Assembly: GCA_037127585.1 (NCBI GenBank)
Contig: JBAXYB010000003.1
Coordinates: forward strand, 3,248-67,247
Direction: 5' to 3'
DNA: 64,000 nt
Source: Verrucomicrobiota bacterium
Lineage (GTDB): Bacteria; Verrucomicrobiota; Verrucomicrobiia; Palsa-1439
Position 1 is the stretch's first letter. Each line of letters starts with the position of its first letter. The position numbers and the translations under genes were made by a program. Positions 37,578 through 46,825 of this stretch are shown here, in pieces. The notes under the pieces were generated by a model that searched no databases, was not told the origin of the DNA, and saw only the letters and a program-made list of their open reading frames with translations.

Positions 37578-39401
37578 ATGAATTCTCTCTGGCTCATTAT
37601 TGTTTCGGCGGCGGCTTTTGCTGTGGCGTACCGGTTCTACGGGGCGTTTCTGGCGGCGAAGGTCGCGGTGTTGGATGATTCCCGGGCGACACCGGCGCAC
37701 CGACTGAAGGACGGTGTGGATTATCATCCGACGAATAAGCTCGTGTTGTTCGGGCATCATTTCGCGGCGATTGCGGGGCCGGGGCCGTTGGTGGGGCCGG
37801 TGTTGGCGGCGCAGTGGGGTTACTTGCCGGGGTTTACTTGGATTGTGGTGGGGGCGTGTCTGGCGGGGGCGGTGCATGACTTTGTGATTTTGTGGGCATC
37901 GGTCCGGCAGGATGGGTTGACGTTGCCGAAGATCGCGCGGGCCAACATCGGGCCGGTGGCGGGGGTGACGACGAGTGTGGCGACGTTGTTCATCATCGTG
38001 TGTACGTTGGCGAGCGTGGGGATTGTGGTGGTGAATGCGTTGGCGGAAAGCTCGTGGGGGATGTTCACGATTATTGTGACGATACCGGCGGCGCTGATTA
38101 CCGGGTTGTGGATGTACAAGATTCGTCCGGGAAAGGTGACGGAGGCGTCGATTATCGGGGTGACGATTGTGCTGGCGGGGGTGTTGTTCGGGAAACCGTT
38201 TGCGGAATCGGGAATGGCCGGGTCGCTGTTGTTCTCGAAGCAGACGTTGTCGATCATGTTGCCGGTGTATGCGTTCATCGCGGCTAGTTTGCCGGTGTGG
38301 GTTTTGATGTGTCCGCGAGATTATTTGAGTTCGTATATGAAGATCGGCGTGATGGTTGTGCTCGGGGTGGGGATTTGTGTGGCGCATCCGACGTTGAAGA
38401 TGCCGGCGACCACGCCGTTTCTGCACGGCGGGGGGCCGGTGATTTCGGGGACGGTGTGGCCGTTCGTGTGCATCGTGATTATGTGCGGGGCTATCTCGGG
38501 ATTTCATGCGTTGATCGCCTCGGGGACGACGCCGAAGATGTTGAATAAGGAGTCGGATATTAAGCCGATTGCGTATGGCGCGATGGTGATCGAGGGGTTT
38601 GTGGCGATCACGGCTTTGATCGCGGCGTGTGCGCTGGAGCCGGGGGATTATTTTGCGATTAATGTGGCGAAGGAGAAGCATGCGGCCATCGTGCAATCGG
38701 TGGCGGCGAATCAGCAGTGGGATATTTCACCGCGGGAGTTGCCGGCGTTGGAGGCGGGGACGGAGGAGAAGTTGGAGGGGCGCGTCGGCGGGGCGGTGAC
38801 GTTGGCGGTGGGGATGGCGAAGGTGTTTTCGGCCGTGCCGGGGATGAAGCATTTGATGAGTTACTGGTACCACTTCGTGATCATGTTTGAGGCGTTGTTT
38901 ATTTTGACGCTGTTGGAAACGGGGACGCGGGTGGCCCGGTTTGTCTTTCAAGAATCAGCGACGGCGATTGGCGGGAAGCCGAAGTGGGGGATGAATATCG
39001 CGATGAGCGCGGCGGTGTGTTTGGCGTGGGGGTATCTGTTGTACTCCGGTAATCTGAACATGCTGTGGCGGATGCTCGGCATCGCGAATCAGCTGTTGGC
39101 GACGATCGCGCTGGCGGTCGGGACGACGTATCTGCTCAATCACGCGCCGAAGCGCCGGTATGCGTTGTGTACCGGGATTCCGTTCGCATTCATTCTCGTC
39201 ACGGTGCTTACGGCCGGCATTCAGAGTGTTCACCAATGGTGGGGGCAGATCGCGACGGCGCCGGCGAACGAAGTCTTTATGTTGCGGCTGACGTGCGTGT
39301 TGGCGAGCATCATGCAGGTGTTGACGGTCATCATCGCGTTGGATGCGATGCGCGTGTGGGTGAAGTCGCTGACCGGTGGGGCAGGGCGGCGAGTGGTCTG
39401 A
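37578..39401 (+). CDS. cstA: carbon starvation protein A
   Basis: Canonical CstA N-terminus (FGHHFAAIAGPGPLVGPVLAAQWGYLPGFTWIVVGACLAGAVHDF). 607 aa, polytopic. Confidence 0.9.
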   Translation: MNSLWLIIVSAAAFAVAYRFYGAFLAAKVAVLDDSRATPAHRLKDGVDYHPTNKLVLFGHHFAAIAGPGPLVGPVLAAQWGYLPGFTWIVVGACLAGAVHDFVILWASVRQDGLTLPKIARANIGPVAGVTTSVATLFIIVCTLASVGIVVVNALAESSWGMFTIIVTIPAALITGLWMYKIRPGKVTEASIIGVTIVLAGVLFGKPFAESGMAGSLLFSKQTLSIMLPVYAFIAASLPVWVLMCPRDYLSSYMKIGVMVVLGVGICVAHPTLKMPATTPFLHGGGPVISGTVWPFVCIVIMCGAISGFHALIASGTTPKMLNKESDIKPIAYGAMVIEGFVAITALIAACALEPGDYFAINVAKEKHAAIVQSVAANQQWDISPRELPALEAGTEEKLEGRVGGAVTLAVGMAKVFSAVPGMKHLMSYWYHFVIMFEALFILTLLETGTRVARFVFQESATAIGGKPKWGMNIAMSAAVCLAWGYLLYSGNLNMLWRMLGIANQLLATIALAVGTTYLLNHAPKRRYALCTGIPFAFILVTVLTAGIQSVHQWWGQIATAPANEVFMLRLTCVLASIMQVLTVIIALDAMRVWVKSLTGGAGRRVV

Positions 39402-40181
39402 TCAGGGCGGTGGAACGAGGAGGCCTTGGAGTGCCCGGTCCAGCCAACCGAAAACAACGACCGGCATGCCCTTCGTCCCGGTCACAATCGCGGTCCCTTG
39501 CAAGTTGCCGGTGCAAACGGTGAGTTCATTCTCCTCCACGGCTTGGCCGGCTTTCTTGCGCAATTCGAGGAGTCGCTTCGATGAAAGGAGCGAACCACGA
39601 TCCTCGCTCGCGACCGCGATATGCAACGGCCGCTTGCCGATCTTGGTGATGATGGTGTCGGTGCGGACGTCCTGAATGATGAGGCCGGGGCTGAACACCA
39701 GAATCGCCGCGATGTCTTCGTTAAATGCGGAGTAGCGCAATGCCAGATTCGCCCCGAGGTTCGCGCCCACAATGCCAATGCGCTGTTTGTTAATGCCGGG
39801 CTGTTCCGCCAGCCAGTCGAACGCGGCGTTGATGTCCATCAGCATGTCCTGATAATCCTGCGGCTTGAAGCTGTGGTAGTCCACCAATTGCGGGCCGTCC
39901 GCCGTCAATCGCCGCTTGCTCTCCCCGTGGCCGCGCAAATCAATCGCCAACGCGGCGATGCCGTTTCGTTGCAAGGCCGGGGCGATCCCGCTCCACTCGT
40001 CGCGATTTTTGCCGAGCGAATGCAATAACACCACCGCGGGTGCGTTGTTGCTTTCCACCGGGTAGTAAGTCGCGGCAATGCCGAGATCATCGGTGGCGGT
40101 CACGTTGATGCTGCGCGCCGTGCCAGCATTCACCGCCACCGCCCCGATGCAGATCAACGCGAGAAAAAGTCTTATGAACAC
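39402..40181 (-). CDS. alpha/beta hydrolase-fold protein (nucleophile elbow reads GANLG)
   Basis: Signal peptide, then HS/LRGHGES and an alpha/beta-hydrolase topology. The expected GxSxG reads IGIVGANLGANLAL, with Asn in place of Ser. Confidence 0.55.
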   Translation of the reverse strand: MFIRLFLALICIGAVAVNAGTARSINVTATDDLGIAATYYPVESNNAPAVVLLHSLGKNRDEWSGIAPALQRNGIAALAIDLRGHGESKRRLTADGPQLVDYHSFKPQDYQDMLMDINAAFDWLAEQPGINKQRIGIVGANLGANLALRYSAFNEDIAAILVFSPGLIIQDVRTDTIITKIGKRPLHIAVASEDRGSLLSSKRLLELRKKAGQAVEENELTVCTGNLQGTAIVTGTKGMPVVVFGWLDRALQGLLVPPP

Positions 40182-40297
40182 GGCGCGACTTTAACACAGG
40201 GTCAATCGAGCGCAACGGTATTCAAAAGTGTGTTCCGACCGGAAAACAACAAGCCCCGCAATTGCGGGGCTTGTCGGTAATTGGATTGTCGGAAGGA

Positions 40298-41086
40298 TTA
40301 CGTTTGGCGGCGGCGCAAGAACCACGCGCCCACCAAGCCACAGCCGACCAACACCATCGTCGATGGCTCAGGAACAATGGCGAGGTTGTTATAGAATGCG
40401 TCTTTGTTGCCGCCACTGCCGGCGTTGAAGTTAAACAGACGAATCCGGTCGATACCGCCGGAATTATTCAAACCGATGTTGGAGAAGAAGCTGTTGGTGC
40501 CGCCGTTGGAACCGTTCAGACTGCCGACCGTCAAATCCATCGTGTCGCCCGTGCCCGTCAAGGTGAAGGTCAGTCGCAGACCGTCGCCGGTAAACGGAAC
40601 GCCAGAGGCAGTGCCAGAGGCGGTTTGAATCGTGTAGCTGGTCTGGCCGCCAGTAAAGAAAAACTCGATTCGATTCTGACTGCTGGAGTTCTGGAGTCCG
40701 AGTCCAACCGTCGCGCCGTTATCAATGAACCCATTGTCCAGATCAATGACTACGCTTTGTCCCAGGCTCAGCGCGCCGATGAAGGGTCGGGTCGCATCGG
40801 CTGTTGCACTAGTGTTTGCAAACATCCCCCACGCTTGGCCGCTGGTATTAATGCCGCCGCTGGTGCCGCCAGCGTTGGATGTCGAGTTTCCGAGAAACTG
40901 GCCACTATTGACCGGCGAACCAAAAATCCAATTGCCAAAACCGGTGCCAGCGTTTGCTCCGTTCGTCCACGTACCGCCAGCGTAATTGCCGGCATTATCG
41001 GAGGCTGGGGTTGAGGCGTGACTCGTCACCGCGAAGAGTGCACTGGCTAAAGTTCCCAACAAGAGTTGCTTCATGACGACTTTCAT
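40298..41086 (-). CDS. PEP-CTERM sorting domain-containing secreted protein
   Basis: Signal peptide, Gly/Thr/Asn-rich body, and C-terminal VPEPSTMVLVGCGLVGAWFLRRRQT (PEP motif + TM + basic tail). Confidence 0.85.
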   Translation of the reverse strand: MKVVMKQLLLGTLASALFAVTSHASTPASDNAGNYAGGTWTNGANAGTGFGNWIFGSPVNSGQFLGNSTSNAGGTSGGINTSGQAWGMFANTSATADATRPFIGALSLGQSVVIDLDNGFIDNGATVGLGLQNSSSQNRIEFFFTGGQTSYTIQTASGTASGVPFTGDGLRLTFTLTGTGDTMDLTVGSLNGSNGGTNSFFSNIGLNNSGGIDRIRLFNFNAGSGGNKDAFYNNLAIVPEPSTMVLVGCGLVGAWFLRRRQT

Positions 41087-41201
41087 TGTGGTTTTCTCCC
41101 TATGCTGATTACTTGTTTTGCTGCGTCGATACCGTCACTTGGTAAAGCGGTCTATCTGGAGTGTTAATTACTCATCCACCCGATGACTGTCAATAGTTTT
41201 T

Positions 41202-42086
41202 TTGAATTTGTTTGCCCTCGGTAGCGGCTTTGCTAGTCTCGCGGCGCCGATGAATCTCGATCTTCTCAATACCATTACCGCGCTCTCCCACGAATTCGGC
41301 ACCCCAGATTTCGTCAAAGGCGGCGGCGGCAACACCTCCTGCAAAACCGCCGACACACTCTGGGTCAAACCGTCCGGCACCACGCTGGCAGGCCTCACGC
41401 CGGCAACGTTCGTGGCCATGGACCGGCAGAAACTCGCGCGCCTGTACGTCGCGGCGATACCGGTCGAATCGCAGGCCCGTGAATCACTCGTCAAAGATCT
41501 GATGGCCGCCGCCGTCAAGCCAGATTCCAATGGCCGCCCGTCGGTCGAAGCGCCGCTGCACGATATTCTGTCCGGCGCATTTGTCGTCCATACGCATTGC
41601 ACCCTCGTCAACGGTCTGACCTGCGCCCGGCAAGGTGCGGCGGCTTGTGCGCGACTGTTTCCGGAAGCGCTGTGGATTCCGTACATCGATCCCGGTTTCA
41701 CTCTTTGCATGGATGTGCGGCGGCGGCTGCACAACCAACGGCTCGTCATCCTCGAGAATCACGGCATCTTTGTGGCCGGTGACACCGCGGAAGAAATCCG
41801 CGGCACCTATCAACGCGTCCTCGGCGCTTTGCGGACCGAGTACGCCAAAGCCGGCATCTCGACCGATTTAAAACCCGGCAAGCTTCCCGCCGAACCCGAG
41901 CCCGTCACGCCAGATCATATGGTGTACATGAAACACCCGAAGCTCGGCCCAGAGATGGCGGCCGACTGCGCCCTCATCCGGCAACTCGCGGACGCCTTTG
42001 GTGGAATGCAACTTCTCGATGACCGCGCCCAGCAGTTCATCCGCGAATGGGAAGTCGAAGCCTACCGGTCAAAACAAGTGGCATGA
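41202..42086 (+). CDS. class II aldolase/adducin family protein (possible rhamnulose-1-phosphate aldolase)
   Basis: GGGNTSCK...KPSG class II aldolase motifs. Lies near rhaA. Confidence 0.6.
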   Translation: MNLFALGSGFASLAAPMNLDLLNTITALSHEFGTPDFVKGGGGNTSCKTADTLWVKPSGTTLAGLTPATFVAMDRQKLARLYVAAIPVESQARESLVKDLMAAAVKPDSNGRPSVEAPLHDILSGAFVVHTHCTLVNGLTCARQGAAACARLFPEALWIPYIDPGFTLCMDVRRRLHNQRLVILENHGIFVAGDTAEEIRGTYQRVLGALRTEYAKAGISTDLKPGKLPAEPEPVTPDHMVYMKHPKLGPEMAADCALIRQLADAFGGMQLLDDRAQQFIREWEVEAYRSKQVA

Positions 42087-42186
42087 GATGAAGTTTGTAG
42101 TCAGGCACGTAGCATCAGCGGAGTGCCGTTCGCGGGAAACGCCACTGCGCCGGGCTGCGTGGCTTACTACAAACAGGAAGTCAGCA

Positions 42187-43403
42187 TGAATCAACGCGTC
42201 TGGTGGTGGGTCGGCGGCGGTGCGATTGTTATCGCGTTTCTCTGGTTCGCGACGTTTGCGCTCCGAAATCCTTCAAATGATTCCACGAACGATGCGACTG
42301 GTTTAGCGGTGGAGTCGTCACCTCAGGTTCGACCCCGGCCCACAGCAATTGCAGAAGAGACGCCTGCGACAGATTTCACGTCGAGTGAATCCGGAGCTTT
42401 CACCAACGCTGCTGATATTTATCGGCGTGCCTTCAAGCTTGTAGATGAATTAGGTAGGTCGAACCAAGCGTTGCTTGCCAATTGGACGACAAACCTCGAT
42501 GAAGCCGTCAGGGCGGAATTGTGTGAGAAAATTCGTCCGATCTGCGACTTGATGCGTGAAGCTGCCGTTGTGACCAACTGCGACTGGGGAATCGTACAAC
42601 ACACCATAAAGACCGCGGTACCTTTCTTGGGTTCCGCCCGGAATCTGGCGCGTGTCGGCATTTGGAGCGCGGCCAACTGCCAGGAAGATTCTGCTGCTGC
42701 CAGCGACGATCTCGTGGCGTCTTTACAAGTTGGGAGGCAGGTTGATCAACATGGTTTGATTGGCTACCTCGTCGATATGGCGATCGAGACTCTGACCCTT
42801 GCGTGCGTCAGCTCCAATCTCTTCCGGTTTTCAGCGTCGGACCGCGAGCGTATGGCCGTTATCATCGAGGATCCCAGTTTGTCTGAATTGCCTGGGCGAG
42901 CCGTCCAAATGGAATCAGAGATGCTTGAGCGATACCTTGCTGAGTTAGCGGCCAAGCCGGTGAGTGAGGCCAATGAGGAATTGGCAAACATCATCAGCTT
43001 CTCTGAAGACAATGTGCCGCATGTCGATTTTCCAACTGCAATGGTTGCCTTCAAACAGGTGATTGCTGTTCAGCGGGAACTTGTCGAGGCACTGGCGTCT
43101 CCTGAGAAGTACGACGAGTGGTATCGGCATTACACCGAAGTAAAGGCATCTAGCCCGATCGCAAAACTCAGCTTGGACGTCTACGAGATCTGGGTGGATA
43201 AGGTGCGACGCTATGCCGCCAATCGGGCCATTGTGCTCGCGGCACTGGCGGTGGCGTCTGGTGGTGTCGACGCGCTGGCCGCGCACGTCGATCCAACCAC
43301 TGGGGAGTCGCTTGGTTACCGGCAGATTTCTGGTGGTTTTGAATTGCAGTCTGAGTACAAGGTCAACGATAAACCGATGAAGGTATTTTTCCCGATGCCC
43401 TGA
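42187..43403 (+). CDS. hypothetical membrane-anchored protein
   Basis: N-terminal TM (MNQRVWWWVGGGAIVIAFLWFATFAL), then a ~370-aa helical domain. No motif I recognise. Confidence 0.45.
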
Positions 43404-43423
43404 ACTTTGAAAGGAACAATCTT

Positions 43424-44671
43424 ATGAGTAAACCCTACCAACACGCCCAACAAGCCTACGCCGAACTCAACGTCGACACCAAGAAAGCGATTAAACAAGC
43501 GCTTGCCATTCCGATCTCGATGCACTGCTGGCAGGTGGACGACGTTACCGGCTTCGAAGTGAAAGAGGAAGGCCTGGCCGGCGGCGGCATCATGGCGACC
43601 GGCAATTATCCTGGTCGCGCCCGCAATCCCCAAGAAGCCCGGCAGGATTACGAGCAGGTCTTGAAACTCGTCCCCGGCACGCTCCGTCTCAACATCCACG
43701 CCTGCTACGCCGAGACTGCCGGCAAGGTCGTCGACCGCGACGCGCTCGAACCGAAACATTTCGCCAACTGGATGGCGTGGGGCAAACAGCAGGGCGTCAA
43801 ACTTGATTTCAATCCGACGTTCTTCGCGCATCCGAAAGCGAACGACGGTTACACGCTCAGTCATACCGGCAAGGCGACCCGGCAGTTCTGGATCAATCAC
43901 GCCATTGCTTGCCGGAAGATTGCCGCCGCGATGGCCAAACACCAAGGCAGCCCGGCCATCGTCAACCACTGGATACCGGACGGCACCAAAGATTATCCCG
44001 CCGACCGGTGGACGCATCGCGCGCTCCTCACCGAATCCCTCGACGCCGTGCTTGCGAAGAAATTACCGGGCTGCGTCGATTACGTCGAAAGCAAACTCTT
44101 CGGTCTCGGCAGCGAAGAATACGTCGTTGGCTCCGCGGAATACTACAGCAGCTATGCCCTCAGCCGCGGCATCGGCTACTGCCTCGACATGGGCCACTGG
44201 CATCCGACCGAAGAAATCTATGACAAGATTTCCGCGTACCTCCAGTTTCACAAAAAGCTACTCCTCCATGTCAGTCGTCCGATCCGCTGGGACAGCGACC
44301 ACGTCGTCATCTTCAACGAAGCGTTAAAGAACGTCTTCCTCGAAATCCAGCGTGGCCGCGCGTGGGACCGAGTCGCGTTCGCCACCGATTACTTCGACGC
44401 CAGCATCAACCGCATCGCTGCCTACGCGATCGGCCTCCGTGCCACGCGCAAAGCGATTCTCTACGCGTTGCTCGATCCGAGTGCCGAGTTGCAGAAACTC
44501 GAAGCCACCGGCAACAACGCCGGCCGCCTCGCGTTGATGGAAGACATGAAGACGATGCCCTTCGGTGCTGTCTGGGACGAAGCCTGCGACCAAGCCGGCA
44601 TCCCGCACGACCGGCAATGGATGAATGCCGTGATGACGTACGAGGCGAAAGTCCAGTCGAAGCGAAAGTAG
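43424..44671 (+). CDS. rhaA: L-rhamnose isomerase
   Basis: ALAIPISMHCWQVDDVTGFE matches the RhaA N-terminal signature (PVSMHCWQGDDVSGFE in E. coli). 415 aa. Confidence 0.85.
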   Translation: MSKPYQHAQQAYAELNVDTKKAIKQALAIPISMHCWQVDDVTGFEVKEEGLAGGGIMATGNYPGRARNPQEARQDYEQVLKLVPGTLRLNIHACYAETAGKVVDRDALEPKHFANWMAWGKQQGVKLDFNPTFFAHPKANDGYTLSHTGKATRQFWINHAIACRKIAAAMAKHQGSPAIVNHWIPDGTKDYPADRWTHRALLTESLDAVLAKKLPGCVDYVESKLFGLGSEEYVVGSAEYYSSYALSRGIGYCLDMGHWHPTEEIYDKISAYLQFHKKLLLHVSRPIRWDSDHVVIFNEALKNVFLEIQRGRAWDRVAFATDYFDASINRIAAYAIGLRATRKAILYALLDPSAELQKLEATGNNAGRLALMEDMKTMPFGAVWDEACDQAGIPHDRQWMNAVMTYEAKVQSKRK

Positions 44672-44748
44672 TTCCGCCATATTGCGCGGCGTACAACCAT
44701 CGACGAATATCTCAATTGGCAACTGGCGTGCACTGACTGGTTCGGTAA

Positions 44749-45501
44749 TTGAAAAGGGAATGCATGAACCAAACTAGCCTCAGCCAAGAATGGAATGCTC
44801 TCGCCCCGGCCTGGATCCGGGAATCACGCGAAGGTGCCAATCCGACCCGCAACGGTTTGCTCGACCCACCCATGCTCGCGGCATGCGGCGATGTGACCGG
44901 GCTGCGGGTGCTGGATTGCGGCTGTGGCGAAGGCCGGTTCTGCCGGTTGCTCGCAGACCGGGGCGCGGCTTACGTCTTGGGACTCGATCTCTGCCGGCCG
45001 ATGATCGAGGCCGCGGAAAAAATGAAGTCCGACCGGGTCGAGTACCGGGTCGCCAATGTGGAGGACTTGAGCTTTCTCGACAACGCGACGTTTGATCTCG
45101 TCGTGTCGTACTTGAACCAGTGCGACTTGCCGGATTTCGGGGCCAACAACCGGGAAGTATTTCGCGTGTTGAAGCCCGGCGGCAAATTCATCATCGCCAA
45201 TCTGCATCCCATGCGGTCGGCAGTTGGCGGTTGGCATCAGGCCGCCGACGGGACGAAACTCCATGTCATCCTCGACCGCTATTTTGAGGAAACCGAACGG
45301 CACTGGAAAATGTTGGGAGTCGAGTTCACGAACTTCCACCGCACGCTGGAGACATACACGCGGAGCTTCCGGGCGGCTGGTTTCAACATCACGGAAATCA
45401 TCGAGCCCACGATCACGCCCGAACAATTGCAGCGCTTCCCGCAACTCGCCGAGGAACTCCGCGTGCCGAACTTCATTGTCTACGTCCTTCAGAAGCCCTG
45501 A
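44749..45501 (+). CDS. class I SAM-dependent methyltransferase
   Basis: Motif I VLDCGCGEGRF, post-I acidic residue, motif II/III region. Confidence 0.8.
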   Translation: MKRECMNQTSLSQEWNALAPAWIRESREGANPTRNGLLDPPMLAACGDVTGLRVLDCGCGEGRFCRLLADRGAAYVLGLDLCRPMIEAAEKMKSDRVEYRVANVEDLSFLDNATFDLVVSYLNQCDLPDFGANNREVFRVLKPGGKFIIANLHPMRSAVGGWHQAADGTKLHVILDRYFEETERHWKMLGVEFTNFHRTLETYTRSFRAAGFNITEIIEPTITPEQLQRFPQLAEELRVPNFIVYVLQKP

Positions 45502-45608
45502 ACCGAGCTGTTTAGTGCGACCGGGGCGTTTCCCCAACGATAATCTGCTCTCGGCCGACCATTTTCCGGGCTTACCTAATTGTTCTCCGAGCTTGGAAAC
45601 AAAACCGG

Positions 45609-46673
45609 CTAGCCGCCGTCACAGTTCTTGTACCGTATCGCGAGCTTGGTGCTGCGGGAAGCTTGGTTCACCGAGTAATAACTTAAACCGGACCCGAGAA
45701 TGAGTAGCCCACAACCGAACCACAGGTTTGCTCCCGGGAAGATCGCGAGGTAGAGGCAACTGATGATGGTGGAAAGGAGGGGGGTCAAATAGGAGGCGGC
45801 TGCGACGGTCACTACACGGCCCCGGCGCATGGCGTTGTCCCAAAGTGCGTACGATGCATAGGTCGTGATCCCTTGAAACAGTAGTTCGGCCACGGCCCGG
45901 CGGCTCCAGTGGTGCGGTTCGTCCAGGGTGCAACTGAGTAGGAACAGCAGGCCCGCGATCACGGGGAGAAATACCGACATGGCGCCGGTCGTTTGTCCGC
46001 CGGCCCATTTCCGCGCGAGATTGGAGTACAACGCCCAACACACAGCGGCGCCCGCGGCCAAGAGATAAACGGTCGGATGGCTGCCGACGTTCTGGAACCA
46101 GCTGGCCGATGACACCGTGGCGCCGTGCATTAGCACCAGGAACACGCCGACCATCGCCAATAGCGTTCCGGGAATCAACACCCACGTCGCCCGTTCGCCG
46201 AGGAGGACGAGTGAGAACACGAGGGCCAGCGTCGGCCAGAGATAGTTCAACAGGCCGACCGCCAACACTTCTTGCCGGTTCGCCGCCTGACCGATGGCCA
46301 GATACAACAGCAGCGTATAACCGGCGACCAACCCGCCACACCCGAACAGATACCGGTCGGGCAGTTTGCGAATCTGGCGCCGCCGGTCGGGTTGGCCCAA
46401 CAGCGCGAGCAACGCGAGGGCGCCGGCAATTCCGTGGACCGCTGTCGCAGCGGTGACTGGCCCTACGTCCTCGGACAACCGGCGGACACAGGCAATCGTG
46501 GTACTCCACAACAAGATCGCGCCGAACTCGCCCACGGTCGCCAACGTTGATCCGCGGGGCGATGCCAGCGCGCTCGAATCCAGGGACTGGCCGGTGTCGC
46601 ACTGAAATGGTTGAGAGCTGGGGGCCAGGCGGTCGGGAGAAACCGAACGTGCGGGGGCGGGTTCAAAGCGCAT
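45609..46673 (-). CDS. DMT superfamily (EamA-like) transporter
   Basis: ~10 TM helices with EamA repeats. N-terminal ~60 aa of the ORF are probably not translated (start uncertain). Confidence 0.65.
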   Translation of the reverse strand: MRFEPAPARSVSPDRLAPSSQPFQCDTGQSLDSSALASPRGSTLATVGEFGAILLWSTTIACVRRLSEDVGPVTAATAVHGIAGALALLALLGQPDRRRQIRKLPDRYLFGCGGLVAGYTLLLYLAIGQAANRQEVLAVGLLNYLWPTLALVFSLVLLGERATWVLIPGTLLAMVGVFLVLMHGATVSSASWFQNVGSHPTVYLLAAGAAVCWALYSNLARKWAGGQTTGAMSVFLPVIAGLLFLLSCTLDEPHHWSRRAVAELLFQGITTYASYALWDNAMRRGRVVTVAAASYLTPLLSTIISCLYLAIFPGANLWFGCGLLILGSGLSYYSVNQASRSTKLAIRYKNCDGG

Positions 46674-46825
46674 GACCGACTCTCCTGTGGCGTTGGTTTA
46701 GGTTGCCGCCAGCCTTCTAATGAATTGCTCCCCGGCAGTCAAGACCACCGGAGGGGGCGCCCGGCGCGGATATTTTGGCGTGGCGTTACCGGGTAGGGTA
46801 TTGGATATTCTCCAAGCGACCGACT

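Noticed and set aside
37497-38696. 399-aa minus-strand ORF antisense to cstA
   Set aside because: Extremely Arg/His/Pro-rich low-complexity translation. cstA on the opposite strand is unambiguous.
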